From an uncultured Bacteroidota bacterium (GTDB lineage: Bacteria; Bacteroidota; Bacteroidia; Flavobacteriales; Flavobacteriaceae), in the NCBI GenBank assembly GCA_902584445.1, contig CACHZY010000003.1, forward strand, positions 30,496 through 94,495: DNA of 64,000 bases. The letters run 5' to 3'. Under the pieces are notes generated by a model that had not been told where the DNA came from, did no database searches, and saw only the letters and a list, made by a program, of their open reading frames with translations. Each line of letters starts with the position of its first letter. Position 1 is the stretch's first letter. Made by a program: the position numbers and the translations under genes. This document shows positions 1 through 9,621 of this stretch, in pieces.

Positions 1-1035
1 AAAAATATTTTTTACTATTTCATCAAGTATACTATACGATTTGCATCCAAATGTTACTTTAGAAAAATTAAAATTATAGGGCTTGAAAATATCCCACAAG
101 AAGGGGGAATCCTGTTTTCCCCTAATCACCAAGGAGCATTTTTAGATCCACTTTTGGTCGGTTCTATTGTTACTCAACAGGTAACTTCATTAACACGTAG
201 TGATGTTTTTGGAGGAAAATTACAATGGTTTTTGAACGCACTAAAAATGTTACCTGTTTATCGAATTCGTAATGGGTATTCAAACCTTAGAAGAAATGAG
301 GAAATTTTTGATAAATGCAGAAAATTTCTATGCTCTAAAGAATCAATAATAATGTTTTCAGAAGCAGCACATCACAATGAGTATTATTTACAGTCTTTAT
401 CCAAAGGAAGTAGTCGTCTTGTATACGAGGCTCAAGTCGATAGTAAGTTACCAATTTATTTAGTTCCTGTAGGAATAAACTATGGGCACCATACAAAACC
501 TTTATGTGATCTTCATCTAGTTTTTGGAAAGCCTATTGAAGTTAGAGAATTTATAGATGATTCCGTATCTAAGGCTGAGACGATCAATAATATTCGAGAA
601 AAGCTTACATCAGGAATGAAAAAATGTATTTGGTTGCCTGATAATGATATTAATTATTCTAAACGTAAAAAGCTAATAAATCGAATAAATACAAAAATGG
701 ATTTTGAAGATTTAAAAAAAGGTATAGATCTTATGAATATAAAGACAGAAAAAAAATATAAAAATAAATTAGTTTTAAAATTATTATTAGCAATTAGCTA
801 TGTGCCAAATCTTCCACCTCTTCTTATAATGAAAAAAATATTATCCCTTTTCGAAGACGTTGTTTTTTTCAGCTCAATCAAATTGACGGCCGGTTTAATT
901 CTATTCAGTATTTGGTGGCTAATTCTTTATATCTTAATTGGAATTTATTTTGACTGGATAATTGCCTTACCAGCGGTATTTACATGTATTCTATTTTTAT
1001 ATATTAGACAAAATCTATTATATATAAAATATTAA
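1..1035 (+). CDS. PlsC-family acyltransferase (lysophospholipid acyltransferase-like), 5' end cut by window edge
   Basis: Frame is open from base 1. Upstream of the track Met it reads GILFSPNHQGAFLDPLLVGS (His..Asp acyltransferase box). VPVGINYG block present; hydrophobic C-terminal membrane segment. Confidence 0.65.
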   Translation, partial: KNIFYYFIKYTIRFASKCYFRKIKIIGLENIPQEGGILFSPNHQGAFLDPLLVGSIVTQQVTSLTRSDVFGGKLQWFLNALKMLPVYRIRNGYSNLRRNEEIFDKCRKFLCSKESIIMFSEAAHHNEYYLQSLSKGSSRLVYEAQVDSKLPIYLVPVGINYGHHTKPLCDLHLVFGKPIEVREFIDDSVSKAETINNIREKLTSGMKKCIWLPDNDINYSKRKKLINRINTKMDFEDLKKGIDLMNIKTEKKYKNKLVLKLLLAISYVPNLPPLLIMKKILSLFEDVVFFSSIKLTAGLILFSIWWLILYILIGIYFDWIIALPAVFTCILFLYIRQNLLYIKY

Positions 1036-1201
1036 TAGATATTAACTATTAATGTACACTATTACATAAAATAATTCATGCAATAATTGAATTATTATTC
1101 ATTAAAATATGAATATACTATTAATATTAGTTTTCTAATAGATTTTAACTATAATAAAAAATAAATACAATTGTAGATTTAGCTAAAATTTGAATTAAGT
1201 A

Positions 1202-3028
1202 TTAATATTCCGTGTAAAAAATCTCTAGTTCAATTTTTGATGAATCTATTTCTTCCCCGCCAGAGCCATGTAGAACAACCCCTAGAGGGCTTAAAATAGA
1301 TATGGAAGGATAATTGATAAACTCATGGCCAGATGTTTGAGCTCTTTTATAAGCAATTGAATTTATTCCATTTGCGGGTGAAATAGCTATAGTATAATTG
1401 GTAGAATCTTTTCTTATAAGTCTATTAACATGGTTTGTAATTCTAAACTTGTAACGGTAGGGTCTGTCATTATCATCATACTCTAAGAAACCACCATAGA
1501 TGTATTTATCTCTATTTTTTTGATTACTATTAACTGAATTGTCAAGGGTAAAATCAATTACAGGTGAACCATTTGAATAATTGAATAAATAAAGTCTTTC
1601 AATTATATCTAAATTAGATGAAATGTAATGATCTTGATCAACGTATAAAAATAGGTTGGCCTCATTTACAAGCCAATTATTTTTTCTTAAATCATCAAGC
1701 AACTCATTCTGAGAATCCTGCTTGTCAAATAATTTGATGGTTGAAAAATATCCATTCCCATTCAGGTAGGATTTTTTGGAAGGTATATTATTCTGTCCAA
1801 GTTGTAATTCTTTATCAATTTCACCACTTACATCAAGATGATTTAATGTGTTAAATCTAACACCATTAAAACTGAGGGAAAAAACTTTTGAATTTATTTC
1901 AATCACATCATCGGATGTATTATCTAAAGTTCCATTTAAATTATTAAAGTTGTAATCATATTCAATCTTAATATTAGCATTGTTTATATCGAGAAGCATA
2001 TATAAATCATCTGAAAAATTATCTGCTCTAATAACGACCCCTTTAAAAAACCTAGTGAAGTTTTCATAATTTGATAAGGGATCCCCCCCTTCATTATCTA
2101 TAATTTTATTTTGAAAAAAATCTATATCAAGCGGGACTCTAATTCTAGGTGATAGTCGCGTTTGAACTTTATTCCTCTCATCTATATCTTCAGTTTTAGG
2201 ATCATCTTCTTTGTAGTTAAATCTTAACTCATCAAAATTTAGGCTGTAAGGGATATCGCACAACTTTGACCCTACAAAACCCTGTTCAAAAAAATCAGTA
2301 TTAGAATAATATTGTTTATTTCTCTCAAAGTTCTGCAAAGGGTCCAGAGGAGACAAAAAATAGGTAAGCTCATAAACTTTTATATTAAAGGTTGCTTCTC
2401 TGTTGCCAAAAATTGAATCTATTTCATAAATGTTATTTTCGTATTCAAAACTGGAACTATCAGTATCAATCAAATCTAAAATGCCATCATTATCACTATC
2501 ATCACTTAATGGGTTTAAGTTTAATCGGCTCTCTTCAATATCAGACAATCCATCTCCGTCAGTGTCACTTTCAGGATCTTTTGCATCGGCATCAAATAAA
2601 TCAATAACTCCATCTTGATCAGCGTCATCTAAGTTATTGAAGAATGGAATATCTAAATAAACAGCAGTAACTTTTTCATTTTCGTCAATTACATTAGGAT
2701 TATTATTGTCATCTTCTGCTTCCTGAGTATAATTTCCAAAAACAGGTGCCCCAGAATACCTGAGTTGGGAGGTTATACTTGCTTTGGAAACACCAAAACC
2801 AGGAATTTGAATTCTCCCTAGTTGACCAAGTGGTAATCCATCAGTTTGAAAATAATTAAGCTTCTTTTGATATGTATAAACAGGAGCTATAAAAGAGCTC
2901 GTTTTAAGAGATGTTTTAGTCAATAAATCGACTCCAACGGAATGATAATCTTTATCACAGGATAAAAAAAAGCAGGTTATAATGACTGAAATAGCCAAAA
3001 TGGGTTTGATTAGGCTTAAAACATTCAT
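1202..3028 (-). CDS. DUF4270-like surface lipoprotein with thrombospondin-type-3-like Asp-rich Ca-binding repeats
   Basis: Lipoprotein signal (..FFLSC). DxDxDG repeats (DADQDGVIDLFD, DTDGDGLSD, DSDNDGILDLID). Sits next to the GT5-like gene and panC, as is typical in Flavobacteriia. Confidence 0.55.
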   Translation of the reverse strand: MNVLSLIKPILAISVIITCFFLSCDKDYHSVGVDLLTKTSLKTSSFIAPVYTYQKKLNYFQTDGLPLGQLGRIQIPGFGVSKASITSQLRYSGAPVFGNYTQEAEDDNNNPNVIDENEKVTAVYLDIPFFNNLDDADQDGVIDLFDADAKDPESDTDGDGLSDIEESRLNLNPLSDDSDNDGILDLIDTDSSSFEYENNIYEIDSIFGNREATFNIKVYELTYFLSPLDPLQNFERNKQYYSNTDFFEQGFVGSKLCDIPYSLNFDELRFNYKEDDPKTEDIDERNKVQTRLSPRIRVPLDIDFFQNKIIDNEGGDPLSNYENFTRFFKGVVIRADNFSDDLYMLLDINNANIKIEYDYNFNNLNGTLDNTSDDVIEINSKVFSLSFNGVRFNTLNHLDVSGEIDKELQLGQNNIPSKKSYLNGNGYFSTIKLFDKQDSQNELLDDLRKNNWLVNEANLFLYVDQDHYISSNLDIIERLYLFNYSNGSPVIDFTLDNSVNSNQKNRDKYIYGGFLEYDDNDRPYRYKFRITNHVNRLIRKDSTNYTIAISPANGINSIAYKRAQTSGHEFINYPSISILSPLGVVLHGSGGEEIDSSKIELEIFYTEY

Positions 3029-3037
3029 TTTTAATTT

Positions 3038-3841
3038 TTAAATTATATTGGTAGAATAAAAATTAACAAATGCATCTTCCTTTTGAGAATCTTCAAAACT
3101 CAACCCAGGAATAGAATAATCTAATAGGTGATCTTGTATGGATTTTGGGGTTTCACTGTCAGCGATGGCATATCCATCTGAATACTCAATACTCAACTTT
3201 ATTAAATTCTCGAAGCTTGCATTTTTTAAATGACTTATTAATTCTAGTGGAATATTATCAAATGCAACCTTATCGTGTAAATTCCTAGAGATTACTTTGT
3301 CAAAGTCTTTTGCGTAAACAGAAGTAACAATTTTACTATTTGCAAAAATTGGTTCGTCTTTATAATACGTTTTTAGATAAAGTGGGAATAAACAAGTAAA
3401 CCAGCCGTGTAAATGAATGATATCAGGCGACCAATTGAGTTTTTTGACCGTTTCTATAACTCCTTTTGTAAAGAAAATCATCCGTTCATCATTATCAGAA
3501 AAAAGTTTTTGATTATCATCTCTCAAAGAAGCGCGCCTTTTGAAATATTCATCGTTGTCAATAAAATAGACTTGCATTCTTTCCTTTGGGATTGAAGCTA
3601 CTTTTATTATTAATGGCATGTCAACATCATTGATTACTAGATTCATGCCAGATAATCGAATTACCTCATGAAGTTGGTGACGTCTCTCATTTATCATACC
3701 ATAGCGTGGCATAAAAATTCTGGTCTGACCGCCGTGGTCGTTAATATTTTTTGGAATTTTGAAAGAATTTACAGCTTGATTAGACTGGGGAAGGTAAGGA
3801 ACTACTTCAGAAGAAATATTCAGTACTTTTTTGTCTTTCAT
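3038..3841 (-). CDS. glycogen/starch synthase-like protein (short, GT5 N-terminal domain type)
   Basis: N-terminus VLNISSEVVPYLP..RIFMPRYG resembles the starch synthase catalytic domain. About 270 aa, the short form usually found beside panC in Bacteroidota. Confidence 0.55.
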   Translation of the reverse strand: MKDKKVLNISSEVVPYLPQSNQAVNSFKIPKNINDHGGQTRIFMPRYGMINERRHQLHEVIRLSGMNLVINDVDMPLIIKVASIPKERMQVYFIDNDEYFKRRASLRDDNQKLFSDNDERMIFFTKGVIETVKKLNWSPDIIHLHGWFTCLFPLYLKTYYKDEPIFANSKIVTSVYAKDFDKVISRNLHDKVAFDNIPLELISHLKNASFENLIKLSIEYSDGYAIADSETPKSIQDHLLDYSIPGLSFEDSQKEDAFVNFYSTNII

Positions 3842-3941
3842 AAAATATTTATTAATCCTAAGCTTAAAAGTTTTGCGAAATTACAAAAATTTAATGTAAT
3901 AAGCTGAAATCTCTATATTTACAAGATTTAAATATTTTTTA

Positions 3942-4781
3942 ATGGAGGTCTTTAATTCCCCCCAACAATTCTCAAGGCATTTTTTTGGGAAATCCTTTTC
4001 AATTGGTATGGTACCAACTATGGGAGCACTTCACGATGGGCACCTTTCATTAATTGAAAAAGCATTAATTGAAAATGACAAAGTGCTAGTTACTATTTTT
4101 GTCAATCCTACTCAATTTGATAATAATATAGATTTAAAAAATTATCCCAATAAATTAGAGGAAGATCTTTATAAAATTTCTCAATTTGGTAAAAATATCT
4201 CAGTCTTTATTCCGAATAAAAATGATATTTATGGGGATGAAATTATATCTAAGCAATATGATCTTGGAAACCTAGATACTGTTATGGAAGGAAAAATTAG
4301 AAAAGGGCACTTTCAAGGTGTAGCTACTGTTTTAGAGTACTTTTTTAAAACATTTTTACCCTCCAAAGCATATTTTGGAGAAAAAGACTACCAACAATTA
4401 CTTGTTGTTAATCACCTAAGTAAGTCTCTAAACCTTTCAACCAAGATTGTCGGTTGCCCAATAGTAAGAACCACAGACGGACTCGCAATGAGTTCGCGTA
4501 ATATTTTATTGAATACTGAAGAAAGAAGAATTGCTCCAAAAGTTTACGAAGGATTGAAGCTTGCCAAAAAACTGGCAAATACAGAAAAATATATGAAAGT
4601 TAAAATAGAGGTTAGAGATTTTTTTAAAAATCTTTCACTTATTAAATTGGAATATTTTACTGCAACAGATCCTTTTACTCTTGTAGAGTTTAACCCTACC
4701 GAAAAAATAAAATCGGGACGAGGCTTTATCGCTGCCTCCTTGGGGAAAATTAGATTAATAGACAATATCAATATGTCTTAA
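3942..4781 (+). CDS. panC: pantoate--beta-alanine ligase
   Basis: [13 protein letters not shown] (HxGH) and LAMSSRN motifs; length 279 aa; followed by panD. Confidence 0.95.
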   Translation: MEVFNSPQQFSRHFFGKSFSIGMVPTMGALHDGHLSLIEKALIENDKVLVTIFVNPTQFDNNIDLKNYPNKLEEDLYKISQFGKNISVFIPNKNDIYGDEIISKQYDLGNLDTVMEGKIRKGHFQGVATVLEYFFKTFLPSKAYFGEKDYQQLLVVNHLSKSLNLSTKIVGCPIVRTTDGLAMSSRNILLNTEERRIAPKVYEGLKLAKKLANTEKYMKVKIEVRDFFKNLSLIKLEYFTATDPFTLVEFNPTEKIKSGRGFIAASLGKIRLIDNINMS

Positions 4782-4798
4782 ATCATTACATTTGTGTT

Positions 4799-5149
4799 GT
4801 GTTAATAGAAATAATAAAGTCAAAAATTCACCGGGTAAAAGTTACTGATGCTGATTTAAATTATGTTGGTAGTATTACTATCGATAGTGACCTAATTGAA
4901 GCGGCCAATCTAATCGTTGGCGAAAAAGTTCAAGTGGTCAACGTTAATAATGGGGAGCGATTAGAAACATATGTGATTAAAGGGGAAAAATCAAGCGGTG
5001 AAGTTACCCTAAATGGCCCAGCGGCTCGAAAAGTTCAAAAAGGAGACATTGTAATAATCATTAGTTATGCACAAATGGATTTAGAAGAGGCTAAATCATT
5101 TGTACCATCAATTATCTTTCCTGATGAAGAGACCAATCGGTTAACTTAG
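4799..5149 (+). CDS. panD: aspartate 1-decarboxylase
   Basis: [23 protein letters not shown], including the Gly-Ser self-processing site; 116 aa. Confidence 0.95.
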   Translation: MLIEIIKSKIHRVKVTDADLNYVGSITIDSDLIEAANLIVGEKVQVVNVNNGERLETYVIKGEKSSGEVTLNGPAARKVQKGDIVIIISYAQMDLEEAKSFVPSIIFPDEETNRLT

Positions 5150-5153
5150 TAAA

Positions 5154-6104
5154 TTGAATAAGGTAATACAGCTTTCAAAGAATTTAATCCCACTTTTAAT
5201 CGGCTTATTCTTTATCTATTTGAGCTATCAAAATACCTCTGTTGATGACCGTAAAAACGTAATCAAATACATAAGAAATGCAGACTATCATTTTATAATT
5301 ATTTCTTCAATTTTTGGTTTACTTAGTCATGTTTCAAGAGCTATTCGGTGGTCATATCTTTTGGTCCCATTGGGTTATAAGCCAAGATTAGCTAATTCTA
5401 TTCTTGCGGTTTTAATAGGATATTTATCTAACCTGGGAATTCCTCGCTCTGGAGAATTACTCAGAGCGACTGCTATGGATCGGTATGATAATATTCCATT
5501 TCAAAAAGGTTTTGGGACTATAATTGCAGAGAGGGTAATTGACCTTATTTTACTATTTATATTTGTTTTTATAGCATTATTATTACAATTTGAACTAATC
5601 ATAGATATTTTAGATTTTAAAATTTCTAATCTAATATATTTTTTATTGATTCTAATTATTTTAGGTTTTGGTTTAAGATTTTTAATTTATTCCAAACAAC
5701 CTTTTGCTAAAAAAATTAAATTATTCCTAACTGAGATCTGGCAGGGGTTTCTTTCAATAAAGAAAATTAAAAAAAAGAGAGCCTTCATCTTTCATACCCT
5801 ATTTATTTGGTTAATGTATATACTCATGTTCGGGGTCATCAAGTACTCTATTCCTGAAACAGCTAATTTAGGGTTAAATGCTTTAATTCCAGCATTCGTA
5901 ATAGGTGGTTTGTCGATCTCTATAACAAATGGAGGCATTGGTATTTATCCGTATACTGTTTCATTAGTTTTAATTTCATTTGGTATAGGTAAAGATTCTA
6001 GTTTGGCTTTTGGATGGATTGTCTGGACTTGCCAGACATTGATGATAATTGCTTTTGGTGCCATCGCTTTTTTTGCGTTACCTTTGATCAATCGCCATCG
6101 ATAG
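5154..6104 (+). CDS. UPF0104 / lysylphosphatidylglycerol-synthase-TM-region family membrane protein
   Basis: Polytopic membrane protein, TTG start; GIPRSGELLRA motif typical of this flippase-like family. Confidence 0.5.
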   Translation: MNKVIQLSKNLIPLLIGLFFIYLSYQNTSVDDRKNVIKYIRNADYHFIIISSIFGLLSHVSRAIRWSYLLVPLGYKPRLANSILAVLIGYLSNLGIPRSGELLRATAMDRYDNIPFQKGFGTIIAERVIDLILLFIFVFIALLLQFELIIDILDFKISNLIYFLLILIILGFGLRFLIYSKQPFAKKIKLFLTEIWQGFLSIKKIKKKRAFIFHTLFIWLMYILMFGVIKYSIPETANLGLNALIPAFVIGGLSISITNGGIGIYPYTVSLVLISFGIGKDSSLAFGWIVWTCQTLMIIAFGAIAFFALPLINRHR

Positions 6105-6121
6105 TACATTTTTAGCTGCTA

Positions 6122-7480
6122 ATGAATAAAGTAAAAACTTCTTTTTTTTGCCAAAATTGTGGCACCCAGCATGCAAAGTGGCAGGGTCAGTGTAATTCAT
6201 GTAAAGAATGGAATACATTGTCTGAAGAGGTGATTGAAAAATCCACAAAAAAAGTTTGGAAATCGTCCCAAAAAATTTATGAGGCGATCAAACCACTCAA
6301 AATTGATAAGATCGATATTAAACAAGAATTGCGAATCAATACCGGCGATCAAGAACTAGATAGGGTATTAGGCGGGGGAATAATTCCGGGAGCTTTAATG
6401 CTTCTTGGAGGAGAACCAGGAATAGGAAAGTCTACACTTCTACTTCAAATTGCAATGCGAATAAATGCAAAGGTGTTATATGTTTCCGGAGAGGAGAGTC
6501 AAAGACAAATCAAAATCCGATCTAATCGTATCAATGAATCATCCAATGATTGCTATATACTTAGTGAAACAAAAACCCAAAATATATTCTCACAAATAGA
6601 GACTTTAAATCCTGATTTGGTAATTATTGATTCTGTTCAGACACTCAATACAGATAATATCGAAAATAGCCCTGGAAGTATATCCCAAATCAAAGAATGT
6701 ACTGCAGAGTTTATCCGTTTTGCCAAAGAGTCCCATGTTCCTGTTTTTTTAGTTGGACACATTACTAAAGATGGTCAAATCGCAGGACCTAAAATTTTGG
6801 AACATATGGTTGATGTAGTTCTTCATTTTGAAGGAGATAGAAATCACATTTACAGAATCTTAAGAACAAAAAAAAATCGTTACGGAGCTACTTCAGAAAT
6901 TGGAATCTATGAAATGCAATCCCATGGTCTAAGCGCAGTCAATAATCCAAGTGAATTATTGATATCTGAAAAAGATGAAAAACTAAGTGGTCACGCTATT
7001 GCTGCTACTATTGAAGGGGTTCGACCTTTAATGATTGAAATTCAAGCATTAGTTAGTTCAGCTGTATATGGAACTCCTCAAAGAACCAGCACAGGTTACA
7101 ATACTAAAAGACTAAACATGCTCTTGGCTGTCTTGGAAAAAAGAGCAGGTTTTACTCTAGGTTCAAAAGATGTTTTTATTAATATAACAGGTGGAATTTC
7201 AATAGATGATCCTGCTATAGATTTAGCCGTTATAGTTTCGATTTTATCAAGTTATCACGATATTGAGGTCTCCGAAAAATATTGTTTTGCCGCAGAAATC
7301 GGTTTATCCGGTGAGATTAGACCAGTTCCCAAAGTAGAACAAAGAATTCAAGAGGCTGCCAAATTAGGCTATGAAAGTGTCTTCATCTCAAAATTTTCTA
7401 AAATTGATACCCAAAATCTTTTGGTAAAAGTTATCCCCATTTCAAAGATTCAGGACTTAGTTTCTCATCTTTTTGGCTAA
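6122..7480 (+). CDS. radA: DNA repair protein RadA
   Basis: N-terminal CxxC..CxxC zinc finger, Walker A GGEPGIGKST, KNRYG motif, Lon-like C-terminal domain. Confidence 0.95.
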   Translation: MNKVKTSFFCQNCGTQHAKWQGQCNSCKEWNTLSEEVIEKSTKKVWKSSQKIYEAIKPLKIDKIDIKQELRINTGDQELDRVLGGGIIPGALMLLGGEPGIGKSTLLLQIAMRINAKVLYVSGEESQRQIKIRSNRINESSNDCYILSETKTQNIFSQIETLNPDLVIIDSVQTLNTDNIENSPGSISQIKECTAEFIRFAKESHVPVFLVGHITKDGQIAGPKILEHMVDVVLHFEGDRNHIYRILRTKKNRYGATSEIGIYEMQSHGLSAVNNPSELLISEKDEKLSGHAIAATIEGVRPLMIEIQALVSSAVYGTPQRTSTGYNTKRLNMLLAVLEKRAGFTLGSKDVFINITGGISIDDPAIDLAVIVSILSSYHDIEVSEKYCFAAEIGLSGEIRPVPKVEQRIQEAAKLGYESVFISKFSKIDTQNLLVKVIPISKIQDLVSHLFG

Positions 7481-7537
7481 AAAATTGAGTTTTTTCTCCC
7501 AAGAAAGACCTAACTTTATTAAGTAAATATTAATCCT

Positions 7538-8878
7538 ATGGATAAAATAATCAAACAATTTTTAGCCAAAGTCAATCAACGGAATCAAAATGAACCTGAG
7601 TTCATGCAGGCAGTTACAGAAGTCGCTGAAACTGTTATACCATACATAGTAAAAAAAGATATTTATTATGGACAAAACATTCTTCTAAGAATGGTAGAAC
7701 CAGAACGTGTAGTTTCTTTTAGAGTGGCTTGGATTAATGACAAAGAAGAAATTGAAGTAAACAGGGGCTATCGGATTGAGATGAATTCTGCGATTGGACC
7801 CTACAAAGGTGGTTTACGATTTCATCCTAGTGTAAATCTAAGTATATTAAAGTTTTTAGCCTTTGAACAAATTTTTAAAAATAGTCTTACAACCCTACCC
7901 ATGGGAGGGGGTAAAGGTGGTTCTGATTTTAACCCTAAAGGAAAAACAGATACTGAGGTGATGCGTTTTTGTCAAAGTTTTATGACTGAACTTTTTAGGC
8001 ATATTGGACCTAATCGAGATATTCCAGCAGGTGATATTGGAGTTGGAAGTAGAGAAATTGGATACCTTTTCGGTCAGTATAAACGGCTGAAAAATGAATT
8101 TACTGGAGTTCTTACTGGTAAAGGGATTAGCTGGGGAGGTTCATTAATTAGACCGGAGGCAACTGGATATGGAGTGGTGTATTTCACCCAAAAAATGTTG
8201 GAACATCAAGGAGAAGGATTTAAAGGGAAAAAAGTAGTTATTTCTGGATCAGGAAATGTAGCACAATACGCTGCCGAAAAAGTTATTCAGCTGGGTGGAA
8301 CAGTCTTGACCCTTTCTGATTCTTCGGGTTATATTTACGATAAAGGTGGAATAGACGAGGAAAAATTATCACATATAATGGAACTGAAAAATAAGCGAAG
8401 AGCTCGAGTAAATGTTTATTTAAAAAAGTATCCCAAAGCTGAGTTTTTCCAAAATAGAAAACCCTGGGAGATCCCATGTGACATTGCACTTCCCTGCGCT
8501 ACCCAGAATGAGTTAGCAGAAAAAGATGCTGATTTACTAATAAAGAACAATTGTAGATGTGTAGGAGAGGGAGCAAACATGCCCTCCTCTCCTAAAGCTA
8601 TTAATAGATTCGCCATGCATAAAATTCTTTATGCGCCAGGAAAAGCCTCTAATGCTGGTGGTGTTGCGGTATCGGGATTAGAAATGGCTCAAAACTCTCT
8701 TCGCTACAATTGGACAAGGGAAGAGGTGGATGATAAATTAAAGTCTATTATGGGTGATATTCATCAATCCTGTCTTGATTATGGAAAAGAAAAAAACTAC
8801 GTTAATTATGTAAAAGGGGCAAATATTGCTGGATTTGTTAAAGTGGCAGATGCAATGCTCGCTCAGGGAGTGGTCTAA
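7538..8878 (+). CDS. gdhA: NADP-specific glutamate dehydrogenase
   Basis: LPMGGGKGGSDFNPKGK catalytic Lys block; GSGNVAQYAA dinucleotide fold; 446 aa. Confidence 0.95.
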   Translation: MDKIIKQFLAKVNQRNQNEPEFMQAVTEVAETVIPYIVKKDIYYGQNILLRMVEPERVVSFRVAWINDKEEIEVNRGYRIEMNSAIGPYKGGLRFHPSVNLSILKFLAFEQIFKNSLTTLPMGGGKGGSDFNPKGKTDTEVMRFCQSFMTELFRHIGPNRDIPAGDIGVGSREIGYLFGQYKRLKNEFTGVLTGKGISWGGSLIRPEATGYGVVYFTQKMLEHQGEGFKGKKVVISGSGNVAQYAAEKVIQLGGTVLTLSDSSGYIYDKGGIDEEKLSHIMELKNKRRARVNVYLKKYPKAEFFQNRKPWEIPCDIALPCATQNELAEKDADLLIKNNCRCVGEGANMPSSPKAINRFAMHKILYAPGKASNAGGVAVSGLEMAQNSLRYNWTREEVDDKLKSIMGDIHQSCLDYGKEKNYVNYVKGANIAGFVKVADAMLAQGVV

Positions 8879-8892
8879 AACAACTTTTTGCT

Positions 8893-9621
8893 ATGCTGGT
8901 TAGAACAAATGCTATTGTTATCAGTACTGTCAAATATGGCGACTCAAGTTTAATTACTCGTTGCTATTGTAAGGAATTAGGTTTAAAGTCATTTATATTA
9001 AAGGGAATTTTAACCTCAAAAAAAGGAGGGCTTAAAAAATCGCTTTTTCAGCCGTTAAATTTGATTAATATTTCAACTCAAATCAAAAATCAGAGCAATC
9101 AAAAACTCAATTTTATTCGTGAAGGGAGTTTAAACGTGCATTTTAAAGAAATTCCCCTAAGAATTAAAAAAAATGCAATCGCACTTTTTATTTCGGAGGT
9201 TATTTCTAGAGTAATTTATGAGGAAGGCAATCCTAATATCGCACTATACAGCTTTTTAGAAAATAGTATTATGAGGCTTGAAAAAGATGAATTTTCGCCC
9301 GTTTTTCACCTTAAATTCTTAACATTACTTAGCGATCAATTGGGATTTTACCCAAATCTTATGTGTCAAGAAAAAGAATTTTTCGATATAGAAAGTGGAT
9401 GCTTTTGTGAAAATTCAAATTCGAAATATGCTGTAGGAGGAGAAACAGTAAGAGCATTTAAAGAATTATTAGGTATTAATTTTGATGATATAGTCCAAAT
9501 AAAAATTTCAAACACACTTAGAATTAAAGTTTTAGACTTTTTAATCGATTATTTTAATATACATTTACCAAGATTTGGGAAAATAAAATCCATAGCTGTA
9601 CTCCATGAGATTTTCCATTAA
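8893..9621 (+). CDS. recO: DNA repair protein RecO
   Basis: N-terminal OB-fold pattern (AIVISTVKYGDSSLI), 242 aa, typical size and context. Confidence 0.7.
   Translation: MLVRTNAIVISTVKYGDSSLITRCYCKELGLKSFILKGILTSKKGGLKKSLFQPLNLINISTQIKNQSNQKLNFIREGSLNVHFKEIPLRIKKNAIALFISEVISRVIYEEGNPNIALYSFLENSIMRLEKDEFSPVFHLKFLTLLSDQLGFYPNLMCQEKEFFDIESGCFCENSNSKYAVGGETVRAFKELLGINFDDIVQIKISNTLRIKVLDFLIDYFNIHLPRFGKIKSIAVLHEIFH

Noticed and set aside
2392-2618. Two overlapping plus-strand ORFs (71 and 62 aa) inside the DUF4270 gene
   Set aside because: They are antisense to the Asp-repeat region. The His/Ser-rich translations are the mirror of GAT/GAC repeats; there is no independent support.
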